Below the pieces are notes generated by a model that saw only the letters and a list, made by a program, of their open reading frames with translations, made no database searches and was not told the origin of the DNA. Shown here piece after piece: positions 35,572 to 44,588 of a stretch of 64,000 nucleotides of DNA; within the stretch, counting starts at the first letter, position 1; each line of letters begins with the position of its first letter. Source of the stretch: an uncultured Dehalococcoidia bacterium (GTDB lineage Bacteria > Chloroflexota > Dehalococcoidia > Lucifugimonadales > UBA3495). A program made the position numbers and the translations under genes. Location: the NCBI GenBank assembly GCA_951813535.1, contig OX638345.1, positions 3,028,608 to 3,092,607 on the forward strand, written 5' to 3'.

Positions 35572-36240
35572 TTATGAAACAGACCCTGCCATGTTTTTCG
35601 ACATCACTAGCGGCTCAGTAACTGCCCTCACTACGGCAGATACCTGCGAAATCGAACGGTGACCATCGACGATGTGCCAGTGATCAGGGTCAGATTCGGC
35701 CTGCTTTAGGAACCCGCGCCGGACATCGTCATGAAAAGACAAGATTTCTTCTTCGAACCTGTCTGGCGTATCGCCAATGGGCAGAGCGAGTTGCAACTGC
35801 CGACTGTTCACCCGCTCCAGTCCTACCAATGGATCAATATTCAGCAAGATGGTGAGGTCGGGATACAATTCGCCAGTGGCAAAATCGTTGAGCCATCGGA
35901 TTTGGTCCAATTCGATACCGCGCCCATACCCTTGGTATGCGATTGTTGATCCCGCGAAACGGTCTGCTACAACGATCGCCCCCTCTGACAAATGCGGCCG
36001 CACTTGTTCAGAAATGAGCTCCGCTCGCGAGGCTTCAAACATCAGCAACTCCGCCAAAATTGTGACTGGACGATCGCTGACCAAGTATTCCCTCAAGTAG
36101 TTGCCCAATTCCGTAGAACCGGGCTCGCGCACTGGCACCGCGTGATAACCCAGTGCGCTCAAATGTGACACGAGCAAGCGCGCTTGCGTGGACTTGCCCG
36201 CCCCTTCACCGCCTTCAAAAGCTATGAAAACCCCCGACAT
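35572..36240 (-). CDS. tmk: Thymidylate kinase
   Basis: GVFIAFEGGEGAGKSTQ P-loop, then DRF..S..AYQG. Confidence 0.9.
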   Translation of the reverse strand: MSGVFIAFEGGEGAGKSTQARLLVSHLSALGYHAVPVREPGSTELGNYLREYLVSDRPVTILAELLMFEASRAELISEQVRPHLSEGAIVVADRFAGSTIAYQGYGRGIELDQIRWLNDFATGELYPDLTILLNIDPLVGLERVNSRQLQLALPIGDTPDRFEEEILSFHDDVRRGFLKQAESDPDHWHIVDGHRSISQVSAVVRAVTEPLVMSKNMAGSVS

Positions 36241-36341
36241 CGTCGCGACCCCCGGTTGCCTGTCAACTATCCGGCATCAGGCTAGCAGATGTGGGGCCCG
36301 CGCCATTCGTGGCTCGGCTCCCCATTTCGGCCAACGCGAGG

Positions 36342-38012
36342 CTACGGACGGTAAATCAGCACGCCGCGCTGAGGGTCGCGCCCGCGGCTGGTCGACGCCA
36401 GGTTGAATTCTTCGACCAGCATATGCTGCAGGCGGCGGATGTAGGGACGCTGCGGTTCAAGTTGGACGCTGAATTCGCCGTCCAGCACCCGACGGGCCGC
36501 GTCTTCAACCTCAGCGCGCGCGGCGGCCATGGCATCGGCGCTGGCTTCCTCTCCATCCGCAGAACGGCCGCGAGCGGGAGCCAGGTCTATGCCCTGATCG
36601 CGGGCGAGGGAGGTCAGGAATTCTGACACCTGGGGCACAGTGTTCTTGCGGAGGACGTACACGGGCACGTTGTTGCTCTCAGCGATCCGTACCAACTGGC
36701 TGCCGCGTCGGTAGTGGTTCTTGGTGGTGAGCAACACGCTGGCGCGGCGCAGTTCGCTGACAATCTCAGCGGTGGCCTCGCGTTCGGACAGGGCGGCCTC
36801 GACCTTGTCGCGGCTGACGCCGAAGAGGAAGATCCTGGCATCGAGGCGGCGGCCGCCCGAACCGTTGGCATCGGGTTCGTCGCGGAAGGTCTCGGGCGGA
36901 TACTGGTCGTACTCGGTTTCGCCATTGTTCGACCGTTTGCGACCACGCCGGCTGCGGATGTCGTTGGCCGACCACGGGGTCTGCCCAACTTCGCTGGGCC
37001 GGGAAGCGGCGGTGCGCGACACGTTGCCATCGCCGTCCATGCGCCGCACTTCGGGCTCCACCGGGTAGCCGCGCAGCCACTGGTCAACCACCTGAGCCAC
37101 GTCCTCGTGGACCAGGACCTCGTCCCAATCGCGGATTTCGACCACCACGTCGAAGGTGGGAGGAGCTTTGCGCTCCAAAACCGTTTTCTGCGTGCCCCGG
37201 AACCGGGCTTCCTGGTCTCCCAGGGTGACGGTCTGCACGCCGCCGACCAGGTCCGACAGCGTGGGGTTCATGATCAGGTTGTCGAGAGTGTTGCCGTGGG
37301 CGGTGGCTACCAACTGGACGCCGCGCTCGGCGATGGTACGAGCGGCGGCGGCTTCCTGGGTGGTGCCCATCTCGTCGATGATGATGACCTGGGGCATGTG
37401 GTTTTCCACCGCCTCGATCATCACGCCATGCTGTTCAGTGGGCGTCGGGACCTGCATGCGGCGGGAATGGCCGATGGCGGGGTGCGGAATGTCGCCGTCG
37501 CCGGCAATCTCATTGGAAGTGTCGACGATGATGACCCGCTTGCGGGCTTCGTCCGCCAGGACGCGGGCCACCTCGCGGAGCATGGTGGTCTTGCCGACGC
37601 CGGGCCGACCCAGGAGGAGAATGTTCTGGCCGCCGTAGGCCAGGTCCTCAATGATCTTGATGGTGCCGAAAACGGCGCGCCCCACGCGACAGGTTATGCC
37701 AACCACGTTTCCGCTGCGGTTGCGGATTGCGGAGATCCGGTGCAGGGTCCGCTCCATCCCGGCGCGGTTGTCACCGCCGAAATTGCCGATGCCGGATACG
37801 ACGTACTCCAGGTCCTCCCGGCTCACCGGTTCCTCGCCCAGCAATGCATCGCCGTGGGAGAAACGGGCTTCCGGCAGGCGGCCCAAATCGAGGATAACTT
37901 CCAACAGGTCATCAAGCTCTTCCTGCTCCCGGAGTTGCTGAGTGATGCGCTCCGGGAGGACCGCCAGCAGTTGCTGCAATTCATCCTGGGCCAGCTGTTC
38001 GACCGTTACCAA
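36342..38012 (-). CDS. R3H-domain AAA ATPase (Ycf45/SpoIIIAA-like)
   Basis: ILLLGRPGVGKTTMLRE Walker A, RVIIVDTSNEI Walker B, and a C-terminal R3H-like LEPQRPYIRRLQHMLVEEF. TTG start follows GGAGG. Confidence 0.75.
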   Translation of the reverse strand: MVTVEQLAQDELQQLLAVLPERITQQLREQEELDDLLEVILDLGRLPEARFSHGDALLGEEPVSREDLEYVVSGIGNFGGDNRAGMERTLHRISAIRNRSGNVVGITCRVGRAVFGTIKIIEDLAYGGQNILLLGRPGVGKTTMLREVARVLADEARKRVIIVDTSNEIAGDGDIPHPAIGHSRRMQVPTPTEQHGVMIEAVENHMPQVIIIDEMGTTQEAAAARTIAERGVQLVATAHGNTLDNLIMNPTLSDLVGGVQTVTLGDQEARFRGTQKTVLERKAPPTFDVVVEIRDWDEVLVHEDVAQVVDQWLRGYPVEPEVRRMDGDGNVSRTAASRPSEVGQTPWSANDIRSRRGRKRSNNGETEYDQYPPETFRDEPDANGSGGRRLDARIFLFGVSRDKVEAALSEREATAEIVSELRRASVLLTTKNHYRRGSQLVRIAESNNVPVYVLRKNTVPQVSEFLTSLARDQGIDLAPARGRSADGEEASADAMAAARAEVEDAARRVLDGEFSVQLEPQRPYIRRLQHMLVEEFNLASTSRGRDPQRGVLIYRP

Positions 38013-38095
38013 CTATGCCTCCCGGTGGAGCTGAGTATTTCTGCGCTTTCGTGGCCAGCGCTTCGGCAATGATAGGTTATGGGCGGGGCACGCGG

Positions 38096-38716
38096 CTAGC
38101 GGACACGAGGCGCGTCGATGAGGGGGGCCTCCGGGTCAAAGGGAGGTCCGCCAGCCAGGGAGACGAAGTAGCGGTGAATGCGGGCGTCGGCGGTGAGTTC
38201 AGGGTGGAAAGACGTAGCCATCATGTTGCCTTGCTGCACGGCTACGGGCCGGCCGTCGGCCAACGCGGCGAGTACTTCAACCTCCTCGCCGACCCGGATG
38301 ATCACCGGGGCGCGGATGAAGATGGCATGATATTCGCGGTCACCCAGCCCACGGATGAGCAGATCCTGCTCGAAGGAATCGACCTGACGTCCGAAGGCGT
38401 TGCGCTGCACACCCACGTCCATGAGGCCCATCGGCACCGGGTCTTCCTCGGTGATTTCATTCGCCAGCATGATCATGCCGGCGCACGTACCCCATACGGC
38501 TTTGCCGCGGGCTACCATGTCCGCTACCGGGTCGCGGAGATCGTACAATGACATGAGGCGGCTCAGTGCGGTGCTCTCCCCGCCCGGAATGATGAGGCCG
38601 TCCAGCGTTTCGAGATGCTTTGGCAAACGCACCTCCATGGCTGCAACACCCACGCTACGGAGCACGTGGCAGTGCTCCGCAAAGTCACCCTGAACTGCCA
38701 AGACGCCGATGTTCAA
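38096..38716 (-). CDS. pdxT: Pyridoxal 5'-phosphate synthase glutaminase subunit
   Basis: MNIGVLAVQGDFAEH.., GLIIPGGEST, GTCAGMI, FHPELT. Confidence 0.9.
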   Translation of the reverse strand: MNIGVLAVQGDFAEHCHVLRSVGVAAMEVRLPKHLETLDGLIIPGGESTALSRLMSLYDLRDPVADMVARGKAVWGTCAGMIMLANEITEEDPVPMGLMDVGVQRNAFGRQVDSFEQDLLIRGLGDREYHAIFIRAPVIIRVGEEVEVLAALADGRPVAVQQGNMMATSFHPELTADARIHRYFVSLAGGPPFDPEAPLIDAPRVR

Positions 38717-38773
38717 CTAAACGAACAGCCTCTCTGCCGTAAGCTCGATGCTATTGTCGCGACAACAACCCGA

Positions 38774-39673
38774 TCAGACGCTGCGGGTGGCGAGGAGTTC
38801 CTGATCGGACAGTTCGCGGACGCTGCGGCCGACCATGGGCTCGCCCAGATCCTTGGACACGTCGGCGAGGATGTGGGGATCATTGTAGTGAGTGACGGCC
38901 TGAACGATGGCGTGACCGCGGCGGACCGGGTCGCCGGATTTGAAGATGCCGGAGCCCACGAAAACGCCATCGGCTCCCAACTGCATCATGAGAGCGGCGT
39001 CGGCGGGTGTGGCCACGCCACCGGCGGCAAAGTTCACCACGGGCATGCGGCCTTCTTCGCGAGTCTGCATCAGGAGGTCAAGGCTTACGCGCATATCCCG
39101 CGCCTCGACCACCAGCTCGTCGTCGGGCAGATTGCGCAACTTGCGGATGGCATCCTGCACGGCCCGCATGTGGCGCACGGCCTCAACCACGTCGCCGGTG
39201 CCGGCCTCGCCCTTGGTGCGGATCATGGCAGCGCCTTCGGAAACGCGCCGCAGGGCTTCACCCAAGTCCCGGCAACCGCAGACGAAGGGGACGGTGAAGT
39301 CGTGCTTCCAGACATGGTGCTGTTCGTCGGCGGGGGTCAGAACCTCCGACTCGTCCACGTAGTCGACCCCCATGGCTTCCAGGATCTGAGCTTCGACGAA
39401 GTGTCCGATACGGCACTTGGCCATCACCGGTATCGAGACGGCGTTGATAATCGCAGCGATCATCGACGGATCGCTCATCCGCGCAACGCCGCCATCCGCC
39501 CGGATGTCCGCGGGCACCCTTTCCAGGGCCATCACGGCGACGGCGCCCGCTTCCTGGGCGATACGGGCCTGATCAGCGGTGACGACATCCATGATGACGC
39601 CGCCCTTGAGCATCTGCGCGTGGCCGGATTTGACGGTAAAAGTACCAGTTAGGACGTCAGCAACCATGTGCAC
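38774..39673 (-). CDS. pdxS: Pyridoxal 5'-phosphate synthase lyase subunit
   Basis: [43 protein letters not shown].. Confidence 0.95.
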   Translation of the reverse strand: MHMVADVLTGTFTVKSGHAQMLKGGVIMDVVTADQARIAQEAGAVAVMALERVPADIRADGGVARMSDPSMIAAIINAVSIPVMAKCRIGHFVEAQILEAMGVDYVDESEVLTPADEQHHVWKHDFTVPFVCGCRDLGEALRRVSEGAAMIRTKGEAGTGDVVEAVRHMRAVQDAIRKLRNLPDDELVVEARDMRVSLDLLMQTREEGRMPVVNFAAGGVATPADAALMMQLGADGVFVGSGIFKSGDPVRRGHAIVQAVTHYNDPHILADVSKDLGEPMVGRSVRELSDQELLATRSV

Positions 39674-39857
39674 GCCTCCTCAATGACAAAACGAATGCTT
39701 CAGCCCATTATAGCCGTCGCCGCCGGGCCAATCAAATGGCGCGAAACGCTGCGATGGAGCAGAGTTGGTCGTTCCCCCAGACAGGGTGGCGCTTCTACAC
39801 CATGACGAATTCGGAGTCGCGTTGGCATCTCCACGCTGCATCGGCCAGGAAGCAGTC

Positions 39858-40571
39858 TCAATCCAGCGCCAGCGCCGCCAATGCAGCGCGAGCCGCGGCA
39901 ACTTCGGCGGCGTTCTTGCTCGAACCGACGCCGGTGCCGAGAACCTGCTCGCCAGCGGAGACCTCGACGTCGAAACTGGGCCGGTGAGATGGACCGGCGG
40001 AGCCTACCACGCGGTAAACCGGGGTAGGTTTGCCCTGACCCTGGAGAAGTTCCTGCAGTTCGGCTTTGGGATTGTCAGGGCGCCAGCCGGGTTGGCAAGC
40101 CGATGCGATCGGTTCGGCCAGGGCGCGCAGGACGAAATCGTGGGTGGCTCCGTAGCCCTGGTCCAGGTAGATTGCCGCGATAACCGATTCCATGACGTCG
40201 CCCAGCACGGCGTCGCCGTCTCGCCCGCCGGACGCCTCGAAACCGCGGCCCAGCAGGACATACTCGGCCAACCCCAGTTCTCGGGCGGCGGCGGCCAGGG
40301 CGCGTTGGCTGAGCAGGGCGGTCCAGCGCCGGGTCAGGCCGCCTTCGTCGCATTCGGGCAGTCGGCGGAACAGTTCTTCACTCACGATGAGCCGGACCAC
40401 GACGTCTCCAAGGAACTCCAGGCGTTCGTAGGAATCGGTGTCCGAGCCGCCAGTCTCGTTGACATACGACCGGTGGGTGAGCGCCTGAATGAGCAAGCCC
40501 CGGTCCTGAAAACTCAGGCCCAGGGCTTGTTCCAGTTCGGCGACGGCGCAATGTCCGCCAAACGAACTCAA
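39858..40571 (-). CDS. rnc: Ribonuclease III
   Basis: LIQALTHRSY..ERLEFLGDVVV signature plus a C-terminal dsRBD (GPSHRPSFDVEV..G.GSSKN.AE..AA). Confidence 0.9.
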   Translation of the reverse strand: MSSFGGHCAVAELEQALGLSFQDRGLLIQALTHRSYVNETGGSDTDSYERLEFLGDVVVRLIVSEELFRRLPECDEGGLTRRWTALLSQRALAAAARELGLAEYVLLGRGFEASGGRDGDAVLGDVMESVIAAIYLDQGYGATHDFVLRALAEPIASACQPGWRPDNPKAELQELLQGQGKPTPVYRVVGSAGPSHRPSFDVEVSAGEQVLGTGVGSSKNAAEVAAARAALAALALD

Positions 40572-40589
40572 TGGAGTAAGCGGTGCGCT

Positions 40590-41222
40590 TTAGCTGCGCA
40601 CGCCTTCATAGGGCCACGGCGGGGACGGGCGCTTGACCTCGCCCACGTGCCTGTGGTCAGCCATCATTTCGACCAGGTTGTCGTAGATGGGTCCGGACTC
40701 GTCTTCCGACGGGATAAACATCTTGACGAAGGCGGAGTTGCCGTTCGGGAAGACGTAGAGCGGCACCCCGAAGGCGCCGTGGACTTCGACGGCCTCGGTG
40801 TGGCTCTCGCCGATTTCGCGAAGAACGTCAGGGTCGGCCAGGTCTTCGGCAAACCGGCCCATGTCGACGCCCGAGGCCTCGGCCACGGCATTGATGGCGT
40901 CCGCGTCGGTCAGGTCGATGCGATCTTCGTGTCGAGCCCTCAGCAGGTTGATGAAGAAACGATCAAAGATCTCCTCACCCTGGCGCTGGGCGGCGATGCC
41001 GGCGCGCAACTCGAGCAGCGTGTTGTCCGAGTCGTCCTGCTCCCAGAACTTGAAGCCGTCGTCGTTGTTGTTGTCGTGATTTACCTGAACCAGCGAGAAC
41101 GGCTTCAGATCCACGGCGATTTCGTGGTCAGTGTTCTCGCGTACTTTCGCCCACCACATGGCAGCGTTGTACACGAAGGGTCAACGAAAGTCGTAATAAA
41201 CGGTGAAATCAGATTCGGCCAT
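40590..41222 (-). CDS. DsbA-like (Rv2466c-type) thioredoxin-fold protein with in-frame TGA (candidate Sec) at the active site
   Basis: The ORF track calls only 40590..41174. ATG 41222 (GGAGG 7 nt upstream) opens the same frame: MAESDFTVYYDFR-TGA(41183-41181)-PFVYNAAMWWAKV... This aligns with FWFDPLCPWCW of DsbA-like reductases, with the TGA at the first Cys. Confidence 0.65.
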
Positions 41223-41295
41223 AGTGGCACCTCCTGAGGGCGGGTTTTCCGACGTGCTCAAACATCTGGTTCGAGGTCGCCAGTTTGTTGGGCCG

Positions 41296-41326
41296 ATTGT
41301 AGCACAGAGCTATCCGGGCTGGGCAA
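41296..41326 (-). promoter_or_regulatory. Candidate promoter for the DsbA-like gene (extended -10)
   Basis: Minus strand reads TTGCCC-19 nt-TGcTACAAT, about 70 nt upstream of ATG 41222. Confidence 0.35.
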
Positions 41327-41542
41327 GCAGCGAGCCGGCGACTGGGGCTTGAAGAACCAGCCACAATTAAATAAACGCGCTTGGCCGTCATCATAAACGC
41401 GCTGGGTCCTCATCGGTCGCAGCGGCCATCAACGGAAATCAACCGCGTCCTGGCAATCCCCTATCGGCGTGAATCCGCTGAATCCAGTATCGTTGCATTC
41501 GTCATAGCAATGCAAACGCGGCGGTGTTATGCCCGATTCGTA

Positions 41543-41571
41543 ATTGACCAAAAATATGTCGATTGTTACAA
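41543..41571 (+). promoter_or_regulatory. Candidate promoter of P450-1 with an overlapping palindromic operator
   Basis: TTGACC-17 nt-TACAAT. The perfect 10-bp palindrome ATTGCGCAAT (41570-41579) overlaps the -10/+1 region. Confidence 0.5.
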
Positions 41572-41655
41572 TTGCGCAATCGCGGCGACTATTGCCGCTG
41601 GTCATTGTATGTCCGGCGGTGAGTTTGACCATGAAAAGTCAACGGGAGGGACTTT

Positions 41656-42942
41656 ATGGTTACCACCTTTAATGAAAATCTGTTTTCCCCTGAGGTGATT
41701 CAGGACCCGTATTCGTACTTCGGGCGGATGCGCGAGGAAGATCCGGTTCACTGGAATGACCCCTACAAGCTGTGGGTCATTACCAAGTACAAGGACTTGG
41801 TCTGGGTCACCCGACGCCCCGAGGCGTTCTCGTCCGAAGTGTTCACCCGGGACCCGCTGCCTCCGTATCCCTCGATCGACGAGTCGGACATGGGCCTCTA
41901 CGAGGACGTGCGGAACTTCTTCAGCCAGTGGTTCATCCAGACCGACCGGCGAGCGGTGAGCACCCACGAGGAGATCCGTGAGCACGGCGGCCCTGACCAC
42001 ACCGACATGCGCAAGGTCATCCACGGCTACTTCACGCCGAAGGCCATGGAACTGTGGCGGCCGCTGGTTCAGTCTGCCATCAAGCAGTTGCTGGACGAGG
42101 CGGAAGAGCGCGGCAGCATGGACGTGATGCGCGACTACGCCACCCCGTTGCCCCTGCTGGTGATCGCCGCCATGATGGGCATCGAGACCTATGACCGGCA
42201 GTTCATCCGCTCCCTGGCCGAGAAACTGCTGTTCATCGGGCGCGGCAATGCCGACCGGATGCAGCCATTGTCCGAGGGCATCACCGAACTGCAGGAGTAC
42301 CTGCGGCCGATGGTGAAGGACCGCCTGAAGAACTCCAACGGCGACCTGCTGGACAAGATGACCGACGCCGCCCGCATGACCAACGCGGCCGGCAAGCAGA
42401 TCATGGACGAAGAGCAGGTGGTAGCCAACGCGATCCTGCTGCTGTTGGCCGGTCACGAGACCACCATCAACCTGATCTGCAACGGCACCCGGGCGTTCAT
42501 GACGCACCCGGACCAGTGGGATCTGTTCAAGTCCGATCCGGCCGGCCGCATGATCCGGGCCACCGAGGAATGCCTCCGGTACGACGCCCCGGTCAAGTCC
42601 ATCACCCGCATCGCCGGCGAGGACGTTGAACTGGGTGGCAAGACCATCCAGAAGGACGAGCGGATGCGCTGGTTCGTTACCTCCGCTAACCGCGACCCTG
42701 AGGTCTTCGACCGACCCGACGACTTTGACATCGAGCGGTACCCGAACCCTCACGTGGCCTTCGGCAGCGGCATCCACCACTGCCTGGGTGCGACCCTGGC
42801 GCGGCTCGAAGGGCAGGAAGCGTTCAAGGCTCTGGCCGAAAGGTTCCCGAACCTGAACATGGACTGCAACCCGGACGACCTGACCTATACCTCCAGCATC
42901 ACTTTCCGGACGCTGGAAAAGTTGCCGGTCAGCCTGTCGTAA
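41656..42942 (+). CDS. Cytochrome P450 (copy 1 of 4)
   Basis: I-helix LLLAGHETT, K-helix ECLRYDAP, heme loop FGSGIHHCLGATLAR. Confidence 0.92.
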   Translation: MVTTFNENLFSPEVIQDPYSYFGRMREEDPVHWNDPYKLWVITKYKDLVWVTRRPEAFSSEVFTRDPLPPYPSIDESDMGLYEDVRNFFSQWFIQTDRRAVSTHEEIREHGGPDHTDMRKVIHGYFTPKAMELWRPLVQSAIKQLLDEAEERGSMDVMRDYATPLPLLVIAAMMGIETYDRQFIRSLAEKLLFIGRGNADRMQPLSEGITELQEYLRPMVKDRLKNSNGDLLDKMTDAARMTNAAGKQIMDEEQVVANAILLLLAGHETTINLICNGTRAFMTHPDQWDLFKSDPAGRMIRATEECLRYDAPVKSITRIAGEDVELGGKTIQKDERMRWFVTSANRDPEVFDRPDDFDIERYPNPHVAFGSGIHHCLGATLARLEGQEAFKALAERFPNLNMDCNPDDLTYTSSITFRTLEKLPVSLS

Positions 42943-42969
42943 TCGCCGCGAACCACCCCCTGGGGTTAC

Positions 42970-43005
42970 GAGGCCCGGCGAACATTCGCCGGGCCTCATC
43001 GTTTT
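42970..43005 (+). terminator. Intrinsic terminator after P450-1
   Basis: gaggcccggcg-aacat-tcgccgggcctc followed by atcgtttt. Confidence 0.65.
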
Positions 43006-43010
43006 ACCGC

Positions 43011-43039
43011 TTGCGTGGCAAGCATCCTGAGCCTATAAT
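43011..43039 (+). promoter_or_regulatory. Candidate promoter of P450-2
   Basis: TTGCGT-17 nt-TATAAT. TATAATCGGC recurs upstream of P450-3 (44512-44521). Confidence 0.5.
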
Positions 43040-43111
43040 CGGCGCATCACAGCAGTTTGTGCTGCGCAATTCGTCGGCAAATCGCGTGTCGCACACCGGA
43101 GGTCGCAGGAA

Positions 43112-44371
43112 ATGGTTAGCACGATCAACGACAACCCGTTCTCCCTGGAAGCAATGTACCAGCCCTACGAATTCTTCGCGCGCCTGCGCGAATGGGAGCC
43201 GGTCCATTACAACGAGGAATTTGAAGTCTGGATGGTCACTGACTGGGAGCACCTCGTATGGGTGACCCGGCATCCGGAGGTCTTCTCGTCCAGCGTGTTC
43301 GCCCGGGACCCCCGGCCGCCGAACCCGCCCATCGACGAAGACGACATGGAGATCTACAACTACATCAAGAAGTGGCAGGTCTCCCGGTTCATCCAGCACG
43401 ACCAGAAGCGGTACAACCCCGGGGTCAGCGGGCCCGATCACGTGGACATGCGCCGGGTGATGCACGGCTACTTCACGCCCAAGTCCATGGAGATGTGGCG
43501 ACCGCTGGTGCAGTCGGCCATCGACGAGTTGCTGGACGCGGTGCAGGAAAAGGGCCGCATGGACGTGATGGCCGACCTGGCGACGCCACTGCCTCTGCTG
43601 GTGATCGCGCGGATGCTGGGCATCCCGGACAGCGACCGGCCCATTATGCGCCGGCTGGCCAAGGACTTGCGTCACCTGAACCGGACGGGACCGGACCGGA
43701 TGGGTCCGCTGTCGGAATCAGTGCAGAACCTGCAGGACTACCTGGGCCCGTTGGTCGACGAACGCATCGCCAGCCCCAAGGACGATCTGATTTCGGTCGT
43801 TGCCGAGGGTGCGCGTCGGGGCATCTTCGACCGCGACATGGTGGTCAACAACGTGATGCTGCTGCTGTCGGCCGGTCACGAGACCACCATCAACCTGATC
43901 TGCAACGGCACGCTGGCGTTCACGCAGCATCCGGACCAGTGGGCGATCCTGAAGTCAGATCCCGAGGGCAAGACGGTGCGGGCCACCGAGGAGGCCCTGC
44001 GCTACGACTCGCCGGTGAAGTCCATCCAGCGGATCGCGATGGAGGATATGGAGTTGAACGGGCAGCCCATCAAGAAGAACGACCGGGTGCGGTGGTTCAT
44101 CTCCGGGGCCAACCGGGACCCCAAGGTATTCGACCGGGCGGACGATTTCGACGTCGAACGCTACCCCAACATGCACGTGGCATTTGGCAGCGGTATCCAT
44201 CACTGCCTGGGCGCGACCCTGGCACGGCTGGAGGGGCAGGAGATCTTCCGCAACCTGGCCAACCGGTTCGAGAGCCTGGAGCTGGAGATCCCGGCAGACC
44301 AGGTCGAATATGACCAGTTGATCGGCTTGCGGGCAGTTGAGGGCCTGCCGGTCACAGTGACCAACGCCTGA
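43112..44371 (+). CDS. Cytochrome P450 (copy 2 of 4)
   Basis: LLSAGHETT, EALRYDSP, FGSGIHHCLGATLAR. Confidence 0.92.
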   Translation: MVSTINDNPFSLEAMYQPYEFFARLREWEPVHYNEEFEVWMVTDWEHLVWVTRHPEVFSSSVFARDPRPPNPPIDEDDMEIYNYIKKWQVSRFIQHDQKRYNPGVSGPDHVDMRRVMHGYFTPKSMEMWRPLVQSAIDELLDAVQEKGRMDVMADLATPLPLLVIARMLGIPDSDRPIMRRLAKDLRHLNRTGPDRMGPLSESVQNLQDYLGPLVDERIASPKDDLISVVAEGARRGIFDRDMVVNNVMLLLSAGHETTINLICNGTLAFTQHPDQWAILKSDPEGKTVRATEEALRYDSPVKSIQRIAMEDMELNGQPIKKNDRVRWFISGANRDPKVFDRADDFDVERYPNMHVAFGSGIHHCLGATLARLEGQEIFRNLANRFESLELEIPADQVEYDQLIGLRAVEGLPVTVTNA

Positions 44372-44398
44372 CGGCGCGCCGGTCATTCGGCTTTTTCA

Positions 44399-44440
44399 GC
44401 GACAGGGATGGGTGTCATGCCCATCCCTGTCGCCTTTTAT
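44399..44440 (+). terminator. Intrinsic terminator after P450-2
   Basis: gcgacagggatgggt-gtcat-gcccatccctgtcgc followed by cttttat. Confidence 0.7.
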
Positions 44441-44588
44441 GCGTCATGCTCGATACGGGCGGTACGCGGCGGAATGGTACGCGAACGTGTCCAAACGGTG
44501 CGAAAATCGGTTATAATCGGCCAATCCGCAGGGTTCGCGGGCTGTTCAGCCGGCGACCGAGTCAACGTACCACCGGAGGTTCCAACCA

